Assembly (NCBI GenBank): GCA_022842945.1
Contig: JALHOO010000001.1
Coordinates: 93,830 to 157,829, forward strand
DNA: 64,000 nucleotides
DNA from: Minisyncoccota bacterium
Lineage (GTDB): Bacteria > Patescibacteriota > Minisyncoccia > Phycocordibacterales > Phycocordibacteraceae
Direction of reading: 5' to 3'
This document shows, in pieces, positions 17,854-29,659 of the stretch (within the stretch, counting starts at the first letter, position 1; each line of letters opens with the position of its first letter). The notes under the pieces were generated by a model that was not told the origin of the DNA, did no database searches, and worked only from the letters and a program-made list of their open reading frames with translations. The position numbers and the translations under genes were made by a program.

Positions 17854-18540
17854 ATGATTCGATTCCATCTCGTAACCTTATTTCCTGAAGCCTGCGAGGC
17901 GTATCTCTCCGCTTCTATCCTTGGACGTGCCCGCGCTGCAAAGAAGATGTCAGTTAGCTATCAGTCTCCTCGCCCGTATGTAACCAACCGCTGGGGAAAG
18001 GTTGATGAGCGTCCGTATGGAGGCGGGCCCGGTATGGTTATGACGGCACTTCCCGTGGTGAAGGCGGTTAAGAAGTCTCTTGGGCGCCGCAAGGGTAAGA
18101 AGGCCATCATCTGGTTCAGTCCAACCGCAAAGCAGTTTACGAACAAAGACGCAGACCTCCTTTCAAAGTACGACGAAGTGCTCTTTGTCTGCGGACGCTA
18201 CGAAGGTATCGACGAGCGCGCCAAGAAGATTGTTGCCACCATGGGAACGCTCAAGACCTATGCGGTTGGGGAGGCAGTGTACACGGGAGGCGAGGTTCCT
18301 GCGCTCGCTATGGTGGACGCTATAACGCGTCGTATACCGGGTGTCCTTGGCAAAGACGAGTCTGTAGAGGAACGACGCACCGCACCACCTGACGTATACA
18401 CCCGCCCTGAAGCTATCGAGTGGGAAGGGAAGACCTACAAGGTGCCGCCAGTCCTCAAGACCGGAGACCACAAGAAGATTGACGCGTTTCGTGCAAAGCA
18501 GCTTTCAGCAACAGCCAAAGCAAAGAAAGCTTCCAAGTAG
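17854..18540 (+). CDS. trmD: tRNA (guanine37-N1)-methyltransferase
   Basis: SPOUT fold with the GRYEGIDER motif. Confidence 0.92.
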   Translation: MIRFHLVTLFPEACEAYLSASILGRARAAKKMSVSYQSPRPYVTNRWGKVDERPYGGGPGMVMTALPVVKAVKKSLGRRKGKKAIIWFSPTAKQFTNKDADLLSKYDEVLFVCGRYEGIDERAKKIVATMGTLKTYAVGEAVYTGGEVPALAMVDAITRRIPGVLGKDESVEERRTAPPDVYTRPEAIEWEGKTYKVPPVLKTGDHKKIDAFRAKQLSATAKAKKASK

Positions 18541-18632
18541 GCAACAGTTTCATACATTGACAATACCGCTGTATGGTGGTATGTTGCTAGACGAGCCTGA
18601 TTTCAGGAAGTCACTATTGGAGGAGACTCTCA

Positions 18633-18983
18633 ATGCCCGTTCTTCTGTTTGGTATCCTCACTGGCGCGGTCTTCATGGTGCAGATCGCAGTTTCGTACCG
18701 GTGGCTTCAGCCCACTGCGAACAGCATCACGTCGTTCGTGGCCGAGCACTTCATCGTGCTCGTCCTGCTTGCACTCTTCATCGACTTCGACCGCGCCGTG
18801 ATCATCGTCGGCTTCATGGCGATCGCCACCGTTGCCGGCTACGCTGCCTACCTGGCGAATTGCCCGAACATCCGGCGCCGGACCAATGTCGAGGCTCTGG
18901 CACGCGACAAGACAGCGTCTGAGCCGGTGATCACACATGTCCGGCCGTACCAGACCGGCCAGATATACGACGGGCACCACTGA
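18633..18983 (+). CDS. hypothetical membrane protein (3 predicted TM helices)
   Basis: Hydrophobic segments; high-GC ORF followed by a strong terminator. Confidence 0.45.
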   Translation: MPVLLFGILTGAVFMVQIAVSYRWLQPTANSITSFVAEHFIVLVLLALFIDFDRAVIIVGFMAIATVAGYAAYLANCPNIRRRTNVEALARDKTASEPVITHVRPYQTGQIYDGHH

Positions 18984-19007
18984 CCAAGTGTCAGGGTGCC
19001 CACATGA

Positions 19008-19037
19008 GGGCGGCTTCTCCGGAAGCCGCCCTTTTCC
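19008..19037 (+). terminator. intrinsic terminator
   Basis: GGGCGGCTTC-TCCG-GAAGCCGCCC followed by TTTT. Confidence 0.55.
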
Positions 19038-19260
19038 ATTGGTTTCTCCCTTCAAACCTCCTATCCACAGCCTATTGACCCTCATACGTCCTTCACGGTA
19101 TAGTATCCCTACGACTGAGTAACGGCCGATACGCGAGAAACGGGCAGGGAAATAGGGCGAACACTTTTTAAAAACAGCGTCTCCATGAACGAGGGGCGCG
19201 GCACGTATGTATACGTGCCCATTCGGCGTTTAGGGAGAGTGCGTAACTATACGAACTGAC

Positions 19261-22437
<3,177 letters not shown>

Positions 22438-22448
22438 CGAAATCATCT

Positions 22449-25400
22449 ATGGCACTACCTAACATGAATTCCGGAAAGCGTCCGATGATGTCTAAGAGTC
22501 GCGATTGGGACGCACTCCGTCTCTCTCTCGCCTCGCCTGAGCGTATCCTCTCTTGGAGCCGTGGCGAGATTACGAAGCCTGAGACCATCAACTACCGTAC
22601 CCAGCGCTCTGAGAAGCACGGGCTCTTCGACGAGAAGATCTTCGGTCCTGAGCGTGACTACGAGTGTTACTGCGGCAAGTACAAGGGTATTCGCTACAAG
22701 GGCATCGTCTGTGACAAGTGTGGTGTGGAAATCACCCGCTCTATCGTGCGCCGTGAGCGCATGGGACACATCGAGCTCGTAACCCCGGTTGCGCACATCT
22801 GGTTCCTTCGCTCGATGCCAAGCCGTATGGCACTTATTCTCGGTATCCCATCTGCGGACCTCGAGAAGGTGGTCTACTTCGCGGGCTACATCGTTACGAA
22901 AGTAAACGAGGACGTGAAGAAGCGCATGCTTGCGGAGCTTGAGAACGAGTACAAGACCAAGCACAAGGCATCAAACACTGACACTGAGCGCGATGCGCTT
23001 AAGGAGAAGATGACTGTTGCGAAGAATGAGATTGAGTCTGTGGTTGTCGGCAAGGTGTTCGACGAGATCATGTACCACCGCTTCTCGGTGCGCTACGGAA
23101 CACTCTTTGAGGCAAAGATTGGTGCAGAGGCTATTTACGACCTCTTCCGCAACTTGAAGCTCGACGACCTCAAGGTAAAGCTCGAAGAGCGCTACCCGAA
23201 GGCTGCCGCTGCTGAGCGCGAGAAGCTCGCAAAGCGCATCTCACTTGTTACCGCTATGATCGCGGCGAATATCCGCCCTGAGTGGATGTTCCTCACGAAG
23301 ATCCCGGTTATCCCGCCAGCGCTCCGCCCTATGGTGGCGCTTGAGGGAGGACGTCATGCGACCTCGGATGTTAACGACCTCTATCGTCGCGTTATCAACC
23401 GCAACAACCGCTTGAAGAAGCTCCTCGATATTCACGCACCGGAGGTTATCCTCCGCAACGAGAAGCGCATTCTTCAGGAGGCTGTGGACGCTCTCATGGA
23501 CAACTCTATCCGCAAGGGTGGAGCAGCCGGAGGCGCGATGACCCCTGCACAGCGTCGTCCACTCAAGTCACTCGCTGACTACCTTAAGGGTAAGCAGGGA
23601 TACTTCCGCCAGAACCTTCTTGGAAAGCGCGTGGACTACTCAGGACGTTCCGTTATTGTGGTCGGTCCTGACCTCGAGCTCGACGAGTGTGGTCTTCCAA
23701 AGCACATGGCGCTTGAGCTTTTCCGCCCATTCGTTATCGCAGGACTCCTTGATCGCGAACTCGCGTTCAACATCCGCGGAGCAGGCCGCCTCATTGAGGA
23801 CGGTGTTGCTGAAGTCTGGGAGATTCTTGAAGAAGCTATCCAGGGCAAGCACGTACTCCTTAACCGCGCCCCTACGCTTCACCGCCAGGGTATCCAGGCA
23901 TTCCGCCCGCGTCTTATTGAGGGCGACGCTATCCAGCTTCACCCACTCGTGTGTCCTGCGTTCAACGCAGACTTCGACGGAGACCAGATGGCTATCCACG
24001 TACCGCTTTCAGAAGAGGCACAGTGGGAGGCAGCGAACGTTATGTCCGCGAACAAGAACATTCTGAAGCCAGGTTCTGGAGAAATGATTGTCATGACCCA
24101 GAAGCCGCTCGACATCGTTCTTGGAACCTACTGGCTTACAAAGATGATGGCAGGTTCAAAGGGAGAGGGAAGCTACTTCCAGTCTCCAAACGCTGCTATC
24201 CTCGCACACGAGTATGGTGCGGTTGATCTTCGCGCATCTATCCACGTGCTTCCGGTTGCCGGAAAGCCGAAGTACGCAGTTATGGGTGACGGTATCTTCG
24301 AGACAACCGTGGGACGCCTTCTCTTTAACACCGTTCTTCCTGCGGACTATCCGTATGTGAACGAGGCTATCTCGAAGAAGGTTATTACGGGCATCATGAG
24401 CGCGTGTATCGACAAGTACGGTATCGACTCTATCCCAGGCATCGTGAACAAGGTGAAGCGTTTCGGATTCGAGTACGCAACCAAGTCTGGTGTTACCTGG
24501 TCTCTGGACGACGTGTCGGTGCCTGAGGGCAAGGACCCAATTGTGGCAGGAGCTCGCACCAAGGTTGCTAAGATTGAAGGCGACTTCAAGGATGGTCTTC
24601 TCTCTGCGGAAGAGAAGCGCCGCATGATCATCGAGGTCTGGCACGCAGCTAAGACTGAGGTTGAAACGCTCGTTGAGGCTGCGCTTGATCCAACCGGATC
24701 GGTGCATGACATGGTGCGCTCTGGCGCTCGTGGTTCCATCGGAAACCTCACGCAGATGGCAGGTATGAAGGGTCTCATCCAGAACACTGCCGGCGAGACT
24801 ATCGAGGTGCCTATCGTGTCCTCGATGACGGAGGGACTCAACCCGGTTGAGTACTTCATGTCCACCCACGGTGCGCGTAAGGGTCTCACCGACACCGCGC
24901 TTGGTACCGCACGTGCCGGATACCTCACACGTCGCTTGTTCGACGTTGCGCAGGACTCCATCATCACGGAGCAGGATTGTGCAACGAAGCGTGGCATCAC
25001 CATCAACCGTGTGTCCGCTTCCGGCATTAAGATCGACTTCGGAGAAGCAGTTCGTGGACGCACACTCGCTGCAGACGTTGCGGGCCTCAAGAAGGGCAAG
25101 TACATCTCAGCAGAAGAGTCACAGCTTATTGCTAGCGACGAGACTATCGCATCTGTATCGGTTCGTTCACCTATGTCCTGCGAGACCCGCTACGGCATCT
25201 GTGCAACCTGTTACGGTATGGATCTCTCAAGCCAGCTCCCGGTTGATCTTGGAGAGGCGGTAGGAACCGTTGCTGCACAGGCTATCGGCGAGCCGGGAAC
25301 TCAGCTCACGATGCGTACCTTCCACGCGGGAGGAACGGCCTCTGTTGGAGGAGACATTACCTCGGGTCTTCCTCGTATTGAGGAGGTGTTCGAGAAGCGT

Positions 25401-26171
25401 TCTCCGAAGAACTCAGCAGCCGTATCGAAGTTCGATGGCGTTATTGTTGAGATGCGTGACCAGGGACGCGACAAGGTACTGGTCGTTACTCCCGAGAAGG
25501 GACAGGGCAAGAAGGACGGCTCGAACACCGAGTACCTCCTCTCCTACCCTCGCCAGGCACTTGTTAAGGAAGGGGACTCTGTTAAGAAGGGCCAGCTCCT
25601 TTCTGACGGATCCGCTGACCTTGATGAGCTCTTCGAGCACGCAGGTCGCGCGATGGTACAGGAGTACATCATTGCGGAGACTTCGAAGATCTACGAGCTT
25701 CAGGGAGCGAGCGTATCCCGCAAGCACCTTGAGGTTATCGTGAAGCGAATGTTTGCTAACGCGAAGATCACGGAGACCGGAGACTCAGACTACTCAGTGG
25801 GCGACGTGGTTGAACACTGGGAGTTCGAGGAAGAGGTGAAGGCTATGGAGGAGGAAGGAAAGATCGCGCCGAAGGCGAAGGAAATGGTACTCGGTATCAA
25901 GACCTCCGCACTCTCACGTCGTTCGTTCCTCTCCGCAGCGTCCTTCGAGCAGACCACAAAGATTCTTATCGACGCATCGCTCCGCGGTTCCGTTGATACG
26001 CTTCGCGGTCTTAAGGAGAACGTTATCCTCGGCCGCCTTATCCCCGCGGGAACAGGCTTCGCAGGATCGAAGAAGTTCGAGGCAATTGCTGCCATGCAGG
26101 CACGTCGCGCTGTTGAACAGCAGCGTGCTGAAGCAGAGCGTCTTGCGCTTGAGGAGCAGGCAACTGCGTAA
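22449..26171 (+). CDS. rpoC: DNA-directed RNA polymerase beta' subunit
   Basis: Zn finger CGKYKGIRYKGIVCDKCG and catalytic NADFDGDQMAIH motif; 1240 aa. Confidence 0.97.
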   Translation: MALPNMNSGKRPMMSKSRDWDALRLSLASPERILSWSRGEITKPETINYRTQRSEKHGLFDEKIFGPERDYECYCGKYKGIRYKGIVCDKCGVEITRSIVRRERMGHIELVTPVAHIWFLRSMPSRMALILGIPSADLEKVVYFAGYIVTKVNEDVKKRMLAELENEYKTKHKASNTDTERDALKEKMTVAKNEIESVVVGKVFDEIMYHRFSVRYGTLFEAKIGAEAIYDLFRNLKLDDLKVKLEERYPKAAAAEREKLAKRISLVTAMIAANIRPEWMFLTKIPVIPPALRPMVALEGGRHATSDVNDLYRRVINRNNRLKKLLDIHAPEVILRNEKRILQEAVDALMDNSIRKGGAAGGAMTPAQRRPLKSLADYLKGKQGYFRQNLLGKRVDYSGRSVIVVGPDLELDECGLPKHMALELFRPFVIAGLLDRELAFNIRGAGRLIEDGVAEVWEILEEAIQGKHVLLNRAPTLHRQGIQAFRPRLIEGDAIQLHPLVCPAFNADFDGDQMAIHVPLSEEAQWEAANVMSANKNILKPGSGEMIVMTQKPLDIVLGTYWLTKMMAGSKGEGSYFQSPNAAILAHEYGAVDLRASIHVLPVAGKPKYAVMGDGIFETTVGRLLFNTVLPADYPYVNEAISKKVITGIMSACIDKYGIDSIPGIVNKVKRFGFEYATKSGVTWSLDDVSVPEGKDPIVAGARTKVAKIEGDFKDGLLSAEEKRRMIIEVWHAAKTEVETLVEAALDPTGSVHDMVRSGARGSIGNLTQMAGMKGLIQNTAGETIEVPIVSSMTEGLNPVEYFMSTHGARKGLTDTALGTARAGYLTRRLFDVAQDSIITEQDCATKRGITINRVSASGIKIDFGEAVRGRTLAADVAGLKKGKYISAEESQLIASDETIASVSVRSPMSCETRYGICATCYGMDLSSQLPVDLGEAVGTVAAQAIGEPGTQLTMRTFHAGGTASVGGDITSGLPRIEEVFEKRSPKNSAAVSKFDGVIVEMRDQGRDKVLVVTPEKGQGKKDGSNTEYLLSYPRQALVKEGDSVKKGQLLSDGSADLDELFEHAGRAMVQEYIIAETSKIYELQGASVSRKHLEVIVKRMFANAKITETGDSDYSVGDVVEHWEFEEEVKAMEEEGKIAPKAKEMVLGIKTSALSRRSFLSAASFEQTTKILIDASLRGSVDTLRGLKENVILGRLIPAGTGFAGSKKFEAIAAMQARRAVEQQRAEAERLALEEQATA

Positions 26172-26187
26172 CCAAAGCGTTTTAGAG

Positions 26188-26226
26188 AAAACACAGCCCG
26201 CTCGAAAGAGCGGGCTGTGTTTGTAT
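26188..26226 (+). terminator. rpoC intrinsic terminator
   Basis: Perfect 13-bp stem ACACAGCCCGCTC / GAGCGGGCTGTGT with a GAAA tetraloop, followed by TTTGTAT. Confidence 0.65.
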
Positions 26227-26235
26227 ATGAAGAAA

Positions 26236-26264
26236 CCCCGCAAGAAGACGGGGCTTCCTGCGGG
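26236..26264 (-). terminator. terminator / conserved inverted repeat after paralog A
   Basis: CCCCGCAAGAAG...CTTCCTGCGGGG hairpin with a minus-strand T-rich tail TTTCTTCATA. Confidence 0.5.
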
Positions 26265-26281
26265 GCCTAGTGTCTGGGGTA

Positions 26282-26677
26282 TTACCCGGGCGGTTTCGGA
26301 AAGTTCCTGGCGATAGCCTCCATTCGTTTTTGTTTCTCGATGTCGCGCCTGAAGTAGTCGACCCAGTTGAGGTACGCGATGCGTGTGCATCGGTCCTCAA
26401 CTGTTTCGGCCCAGGCTTCCAGGGAAGCGACCTTCTGAACGTACTCAGGACTCAGTCGGTTCTCGCTGCCGAAGAAGCTCAGAGGCAGAGAGCGGGCCGC
26501 CGCCGAACTGAGTGCATCTGAATCCGGACAGGTGAACGAGGTCAGTGCATTGAAGGTCGTGCGCGGTGCGTATCCCAGTGACAAGCCACTTCCGGCAATT
26601 ACAAGCATAATCAGAGAACCGACCCCAACCATAAGGCAAGAGGTGTTGATGATAAAGGAACGTAAACCGTTCTTCAT
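26282..26677 (-). CDS. secreted/membrane-anchored hypothetical protein, paralog A (131 aa)
   Basis: N-terminal TM/signal anchor. Conserved LTSFTCPDxDAxSS and ASLEAW..EDRCxR motifs, each with a conserved Cys. AAGGAGG ribosome-binding site. Confidence 0.6.
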   Translation of the reverse strand: MKNGLRSFIINTSCLMVGVGSLIMLVIAGSGLSLGYAPRTTFNALTSFTCPDSDALSSAAARSLPLSFFGSENRLSPEYVQKVASLEAWAETVEDRCTRIAYLNWVDYFRRDIEKQKRMEAIARNFPKPPG

Positions 26678-26805
26678 TGTCGAGGCCCCTCCTTAGGGCG
26701 ATTGAATGATTCCTTTAAAATAATGCACCGAATGCCTGTATTTGTCAATACCTATCGGTCGCGACTACGCTTCTGAGGCAGGTGGCGTGTTCGTACGTGA
26801 CGAAG

Positions 26806-26834
26806 CCCCGCAGGAAGCGAGGCTTCCTGCGGGG
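26806..26834 (-). repeat. near-identical inverted repeat after paralog B (no T-tract)
   Basis: CCCCGCAGGAAGC-GAG-GCTTCCTGCGGGG, a perfect 13-bp stem. Confidence 0.4.
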
Positions 26835-26850
26835 CGAGAGTCCTGTATGG

Positions 26851-27222
26851 CTAGTACGGCGCTCGGGGAGCTGTTTCGGTAAGAACGTTCACACGTTCCT
26901 GTCGGTCGGCTCCTCTGCTGTAGCGGTAGATCTCGGCAAGGTGAGCGGTACGCGCACACCGATCCTCGATAGATGAGGTCCATGCCTCTAAAGAGGCGAG
27001 CCTCTGTCTTCGTTCCTCAGCCGGTAGATACTTGATTGCGTAGAACGGTCGTTGCGCTATCGAGCTATGTGCGTCGTAGTTCGGACAGGTAAACGAGGTC
27101 AGGTGATTCAGAGATTCGCGGGGTGTGTGTCCCATGAGTGCGTGGGCTCCGAAGAACCCGCTCAGCATCAGCAGGAACGCCGCGAAGACATAATCCGAGA
27201 TCAAGAAAACAACTTTCTTCAC
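26851..27222 (-). CDS. secreted/membrane-anchored hypothetical protein, paralog B (123 aa, GTG start)
   Basis: About 40% identical to paralog A across the mature region, with the same two Cys. GAAGGAGG ribosome-binding site; upstream TTGACG + GTGCATTGTCTTTAAGG matches the paralog A promoter architecture. Confidence 0.6.
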   Translation of the reverse strand: MKKVVFLISDYVFAAFLLMLSGFFGAHALMGHTPRESLNHLTSFTCPNYDAHSSIAQRPFYAIKYLPAEERRQRLASLEAWTSSIEDRCARTAHLAEIYRYSRGADRQERVNVLTETAPRAPY

Positions 27223-27300
27223 GGCAGCAGCCCCTCCTTCGGGCGGTTTGGTGGTTCCTTAAAGACAATGCACCCAACTCTTTTTGTCGTCAATAAATGG

Positions 27301-27329
27301 GTAAACAAAAGACCGCGTTCTGCGGTCTT
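27301..27329 (-). terminator. terminator of the small membrane protein gene
   Basis: AAGACCGC-GTTC-TGCGGTCTT followed on the minus strand by TTGTTT. Confidence 0.45.
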
Positions 27330-27337
27330 AAGTTGGA

Positions 27338-27526
27338 TTAGCGATGTGCTGTTTCTTTCTTACGTGCTGTCACGAAGATAGAGAGCAGCACAAGCGCCGC
27401 GAGGATCGAGAGAAAGATATACCCTCGAGCCTCTTTCCACGAGATGTTGTTGTGGAGGAAGTCGAGAGTGTTTCCAAGAAACACAGCGACCGTAACCGCA
27501 ACAGCAATAATAAAGAGCGCACGCAT
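27338..27526 (-). CDS. small membrane protein (62 aa, 2 TM)
   Basis: MRALFIIAVAVTVAVFLG...ILAALVLLSIFV; has its own terminator. Confidence 0.4.
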   Translation of the reverse strand: MRALFIIAVAVTVAVFLGNTLDFLHNNISWKEARGYIFLSILAALVLLSIFVTARKKETAHR

Positions 27527-27607
27527 AGGAAATCCCTTTCTAATGGAGGTGACGTTTCTCTTTCCATATAACCGCGGGCAGGGGAGGAGCGTCAAAGAGT
27601 GCGTGTG

Positions 27608-27657
27608 CATAAGAAAACACCACCCAGAGGACCTAGGTGGGTCTTCTTGGGTGGTGT
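27608..27657 (-). terminator. terminator of the 58-aa membrane protein gene
   Basis: 10-bp stem ACACCACCCA/TGGGTGGTGT followed by TTTCTTATG on the minus strand. Confidence 0.45.
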
Positions 27658-27662
27658 TGTGG

Positions 27663-27839
27663 TCAGCGCTTTCTCCACGGCTGAATCAGGGTGAGGACGC
27701 AGATCACGCCTGCACCTGCGCCCAAAACGCTGGACTGGAATGCGGTGTCCCAGTTCTGGTCTGTCAGGGCGATGATGCCGTAGCAGAGCAAGAAGGGAAT
27801 TCCTATGCCGCCAGCGATGTACAGCAGAGTCTTTAACAT
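27663..27839 (-). CDS. small membrane protein (58 aa, MLKTLLYIAGGIGIPFLLCYGIIALT...)
   Basis: ATG with GGAG 9 nt upstream, a sigma70-like promoter upstream and a terminator downstream. The overlapping 100-aa ORF in another frame looks non-coding. Confidence 0.4.
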   Translation of the reverse strand: MLKTLLYIAGGIGIPFLLCYGIIALTDQNWDTAFQSSVLGAGAGVICVLTLIQPWRKR

Positions 27840-27865
27840 GAAGTAGCTCCAGTTGATCTGTGTAT

Positions 27866-27894
27866 ATCATAGTATATATAATGAGTATTGTCAA
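27866..27894 (-). promoter_or_regulatory. sigma70-like promoter TTGACA-N17-TATGAT for the 58-aa gene, divergent from dnaG
   Basis: Read on the minus strand; a near-consensus -35/-10 pair with 17-nt spacing, about 20 nt upstream of the ATG. Confidence 0.4.
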
Positions 27895-27940
27895 TTAACC
27901 ATACATGATTCTAGATACGCGCTAAAATAGAGAGAAGCAC

Positions 27941-29644
27941 ATGGATACCGTTGAACAGATAAAGGCGAAGCTCTCTATCCTTGAGGTAGTAGCACCCTAC
28001 GTGAAGCTCACGAAGTCAGGTCGCAACTATAAGGGGCTCTCTCCCTTCAATAAGGAGAAGACCCCATCGTTCTACGTGAACGTTGAGCGCGGTACCTACT
28101 ACTGCTTCTCCTCAAGCCAAGGCGGAGACCAGTTCCAGTTCATACAGCAGATGGAGGGCGTGGATTTCAAGGGAGCGCTCAAGATCCTCGCTGAGAAAGC
28201 AGGGGTTGAGATTGTGTATCAAGGGAGTGGCGAGTCAAAAGCAGACAAGGACAAGCGAGATCGTTTGTACGAAGCTATGGCGCGTGCAGAGGCGCTCTAC
28301 GCAGAAGCGCTTCTGCAAGGAAAGGGTATAGAGGGAAGTGCGTACTCCTACGCACTCTCCCGCGGGCTCACAGAGGAAACCATAAAGACCTGGAACCTCG
28401 GCTACGCACCTGATGCATGGCGCACGGTACTTGAGTCTCTCATGTCTGCCGGCTTTACGAATGCAGAACTGGTCCAGGCTGGACTCGTTAAGGAAGCGGA
28501 CGAGAAGAAGGGCACCTGGTACGACCGGTTCCGGAACCGCCTCATGTTCCCGATACGCGATTCGGCCGGACGCACCGTTGCCTTTACGGGTCGCGCTCTA
28601 GACTCTGCGGATCTCGCGAAGTATCTCAACTCTCCAGAGACTGACCTGTACAAGAAGTCAGAGATTCTCTTTGGCATGGACAAGGCGAAGGATGCGATAC
28701 GTCAGAGAGGATTCGCACTTCTTGTTGAGGGACAGATGGATCTTTTGCATTTGCATCAGATAGGGTTCCAGAATACCGTTGCGCTCTCCGGTACTGCGCT
28801 TACGCCCCAGCACCTTTCCTTAATGAAGCGGTACGCAGACAACGTGATGCTTGCGCTCGACTCAGACCGTGCGGGCCTTAACGCATCTATGAAGAGCGCC
28901 ATAGCGGCTCTTCGGGCTGGCATGCGTGTGAAGGCAGTACACCTTCCGCCAGGGAAGGATCCGGCAGACCTCGCTCTTGAGGACCCCAAGGGTTTAACTA
29001 CTCGCATCAAGGACGCTACGCCTATCGTTGAGTTCTTCCTGTCGGTGCTCGCAGAGAACGAGAAGGACTCGCACCGTCTCGTTATCCTCGTTGAGAAGAC
29101 CGTCCTTCCGCTCATAAGTGCCATACAGAGCCCAATGGAGCAGGAGCATTTCGTAGGAGTTGCTGCACGTTCTCTTGGATCAACCCCCGAAGCTATCCGG
29201 GCTGGACTTAACCGCCTTCCAAAGGAAGGGCAGGCGGAGAGGGCTCCTGAGACACCCTTTAAGCCTCAAGTGCGGGTTGAGGTACCCCTTAAAGCCAGCG
29301 AGCGGCACGAGCTTAATTTGAGGGCTGTAGCGGCCTGTTATGCGGGCTCTTCCCTTGCGGCACGGCTTGAAAGTGAGTATAATCGCATTATCGGCGTACC
29401 GTTCCCGGATGTGCCCCCTCCCGAAGACATGATCTTCGAGGCAGGAATAGCTTTTGGCGAGGCCCCCGGAGAAACAGACGCGGACGATCTCATCGTCGCA
29501 TTCGAGAAGGCACTTTTAGCGGAGCAGCTCCAGGCTGCTACCGCTCGCTTGCGCGTTGCAGAGGCGTCCCGCGACGAGACCTCAATCAAAGAGATAGGAC
29601 AGGAGTGCGAAGAACTCCGCAAGAAACTCGCTACCTTTTCATAG
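27941..29644 (+). CDS. dnaG: DNA primase
   Basis: Zinc-ribbon region (CFSSSQGGD), TOPRIM domain (EGQMDLL...DSDRAG) and dnaG-rpoD synteny. Confidence 0.93.
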   Translation: MDTVEQIKAKLSILEVVAPYVKLTKSGRNYKGLSPFNKEKTPSFYVNVERGTYYCFSSSQGGDQFQFIQQMEGVDFKGALKILAEKAGVEIVYQGSGESKADKDKRDRLYEAMARAEALYAEALLQGKGIEGSAYSYALSRGLTEETIKTWNLGYAPDAWRTVLESLMSAGFTNAELVQAGLVKEADEKKGTWYDRFRNRLMFPIRDSAGRTVAFTGRALDSADLAKYLNSPETDLYKKSEILFGMDKAKDAIRQRGFALLVEGQMDLLHLHQIGFQNTVALSGTALTPQHLSLMKRYADNVMLALDSDRAGLNASMKSAIAALRAGMRVKAVHLPPGKDPADLALEDPKGLTTRIKDATPIVEFFLSVLAENEKDSHRLVILVEKTVLPLISAIQSPMEQEHFVGVAARSLGSTPEAIRAGLNRLPKEGQAERAPETPFKPQVRVEVPLKASERHELNLRAVAACYAGSSLAARLESEYNRIIGVPFPDVPPPEDMIFEAGIAFGEAPGETDADDLIVAFEKALLAEQLQAATARLRVAEASRDETSIKEIGQECEELRKKLATFS

Positions 29645-29659
29645 CATTCGATTACTCGT

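Noticed and set aside
27592-27894. 100-aa minus-strand ORF in the dnaG upstream region
   Set aside because: Arg/His-rich non-protein-like composition. A 58-aa membrane-protein ORF in another frame (27663-27839) has an RBS, a promoter and a terminator, and is the better call.
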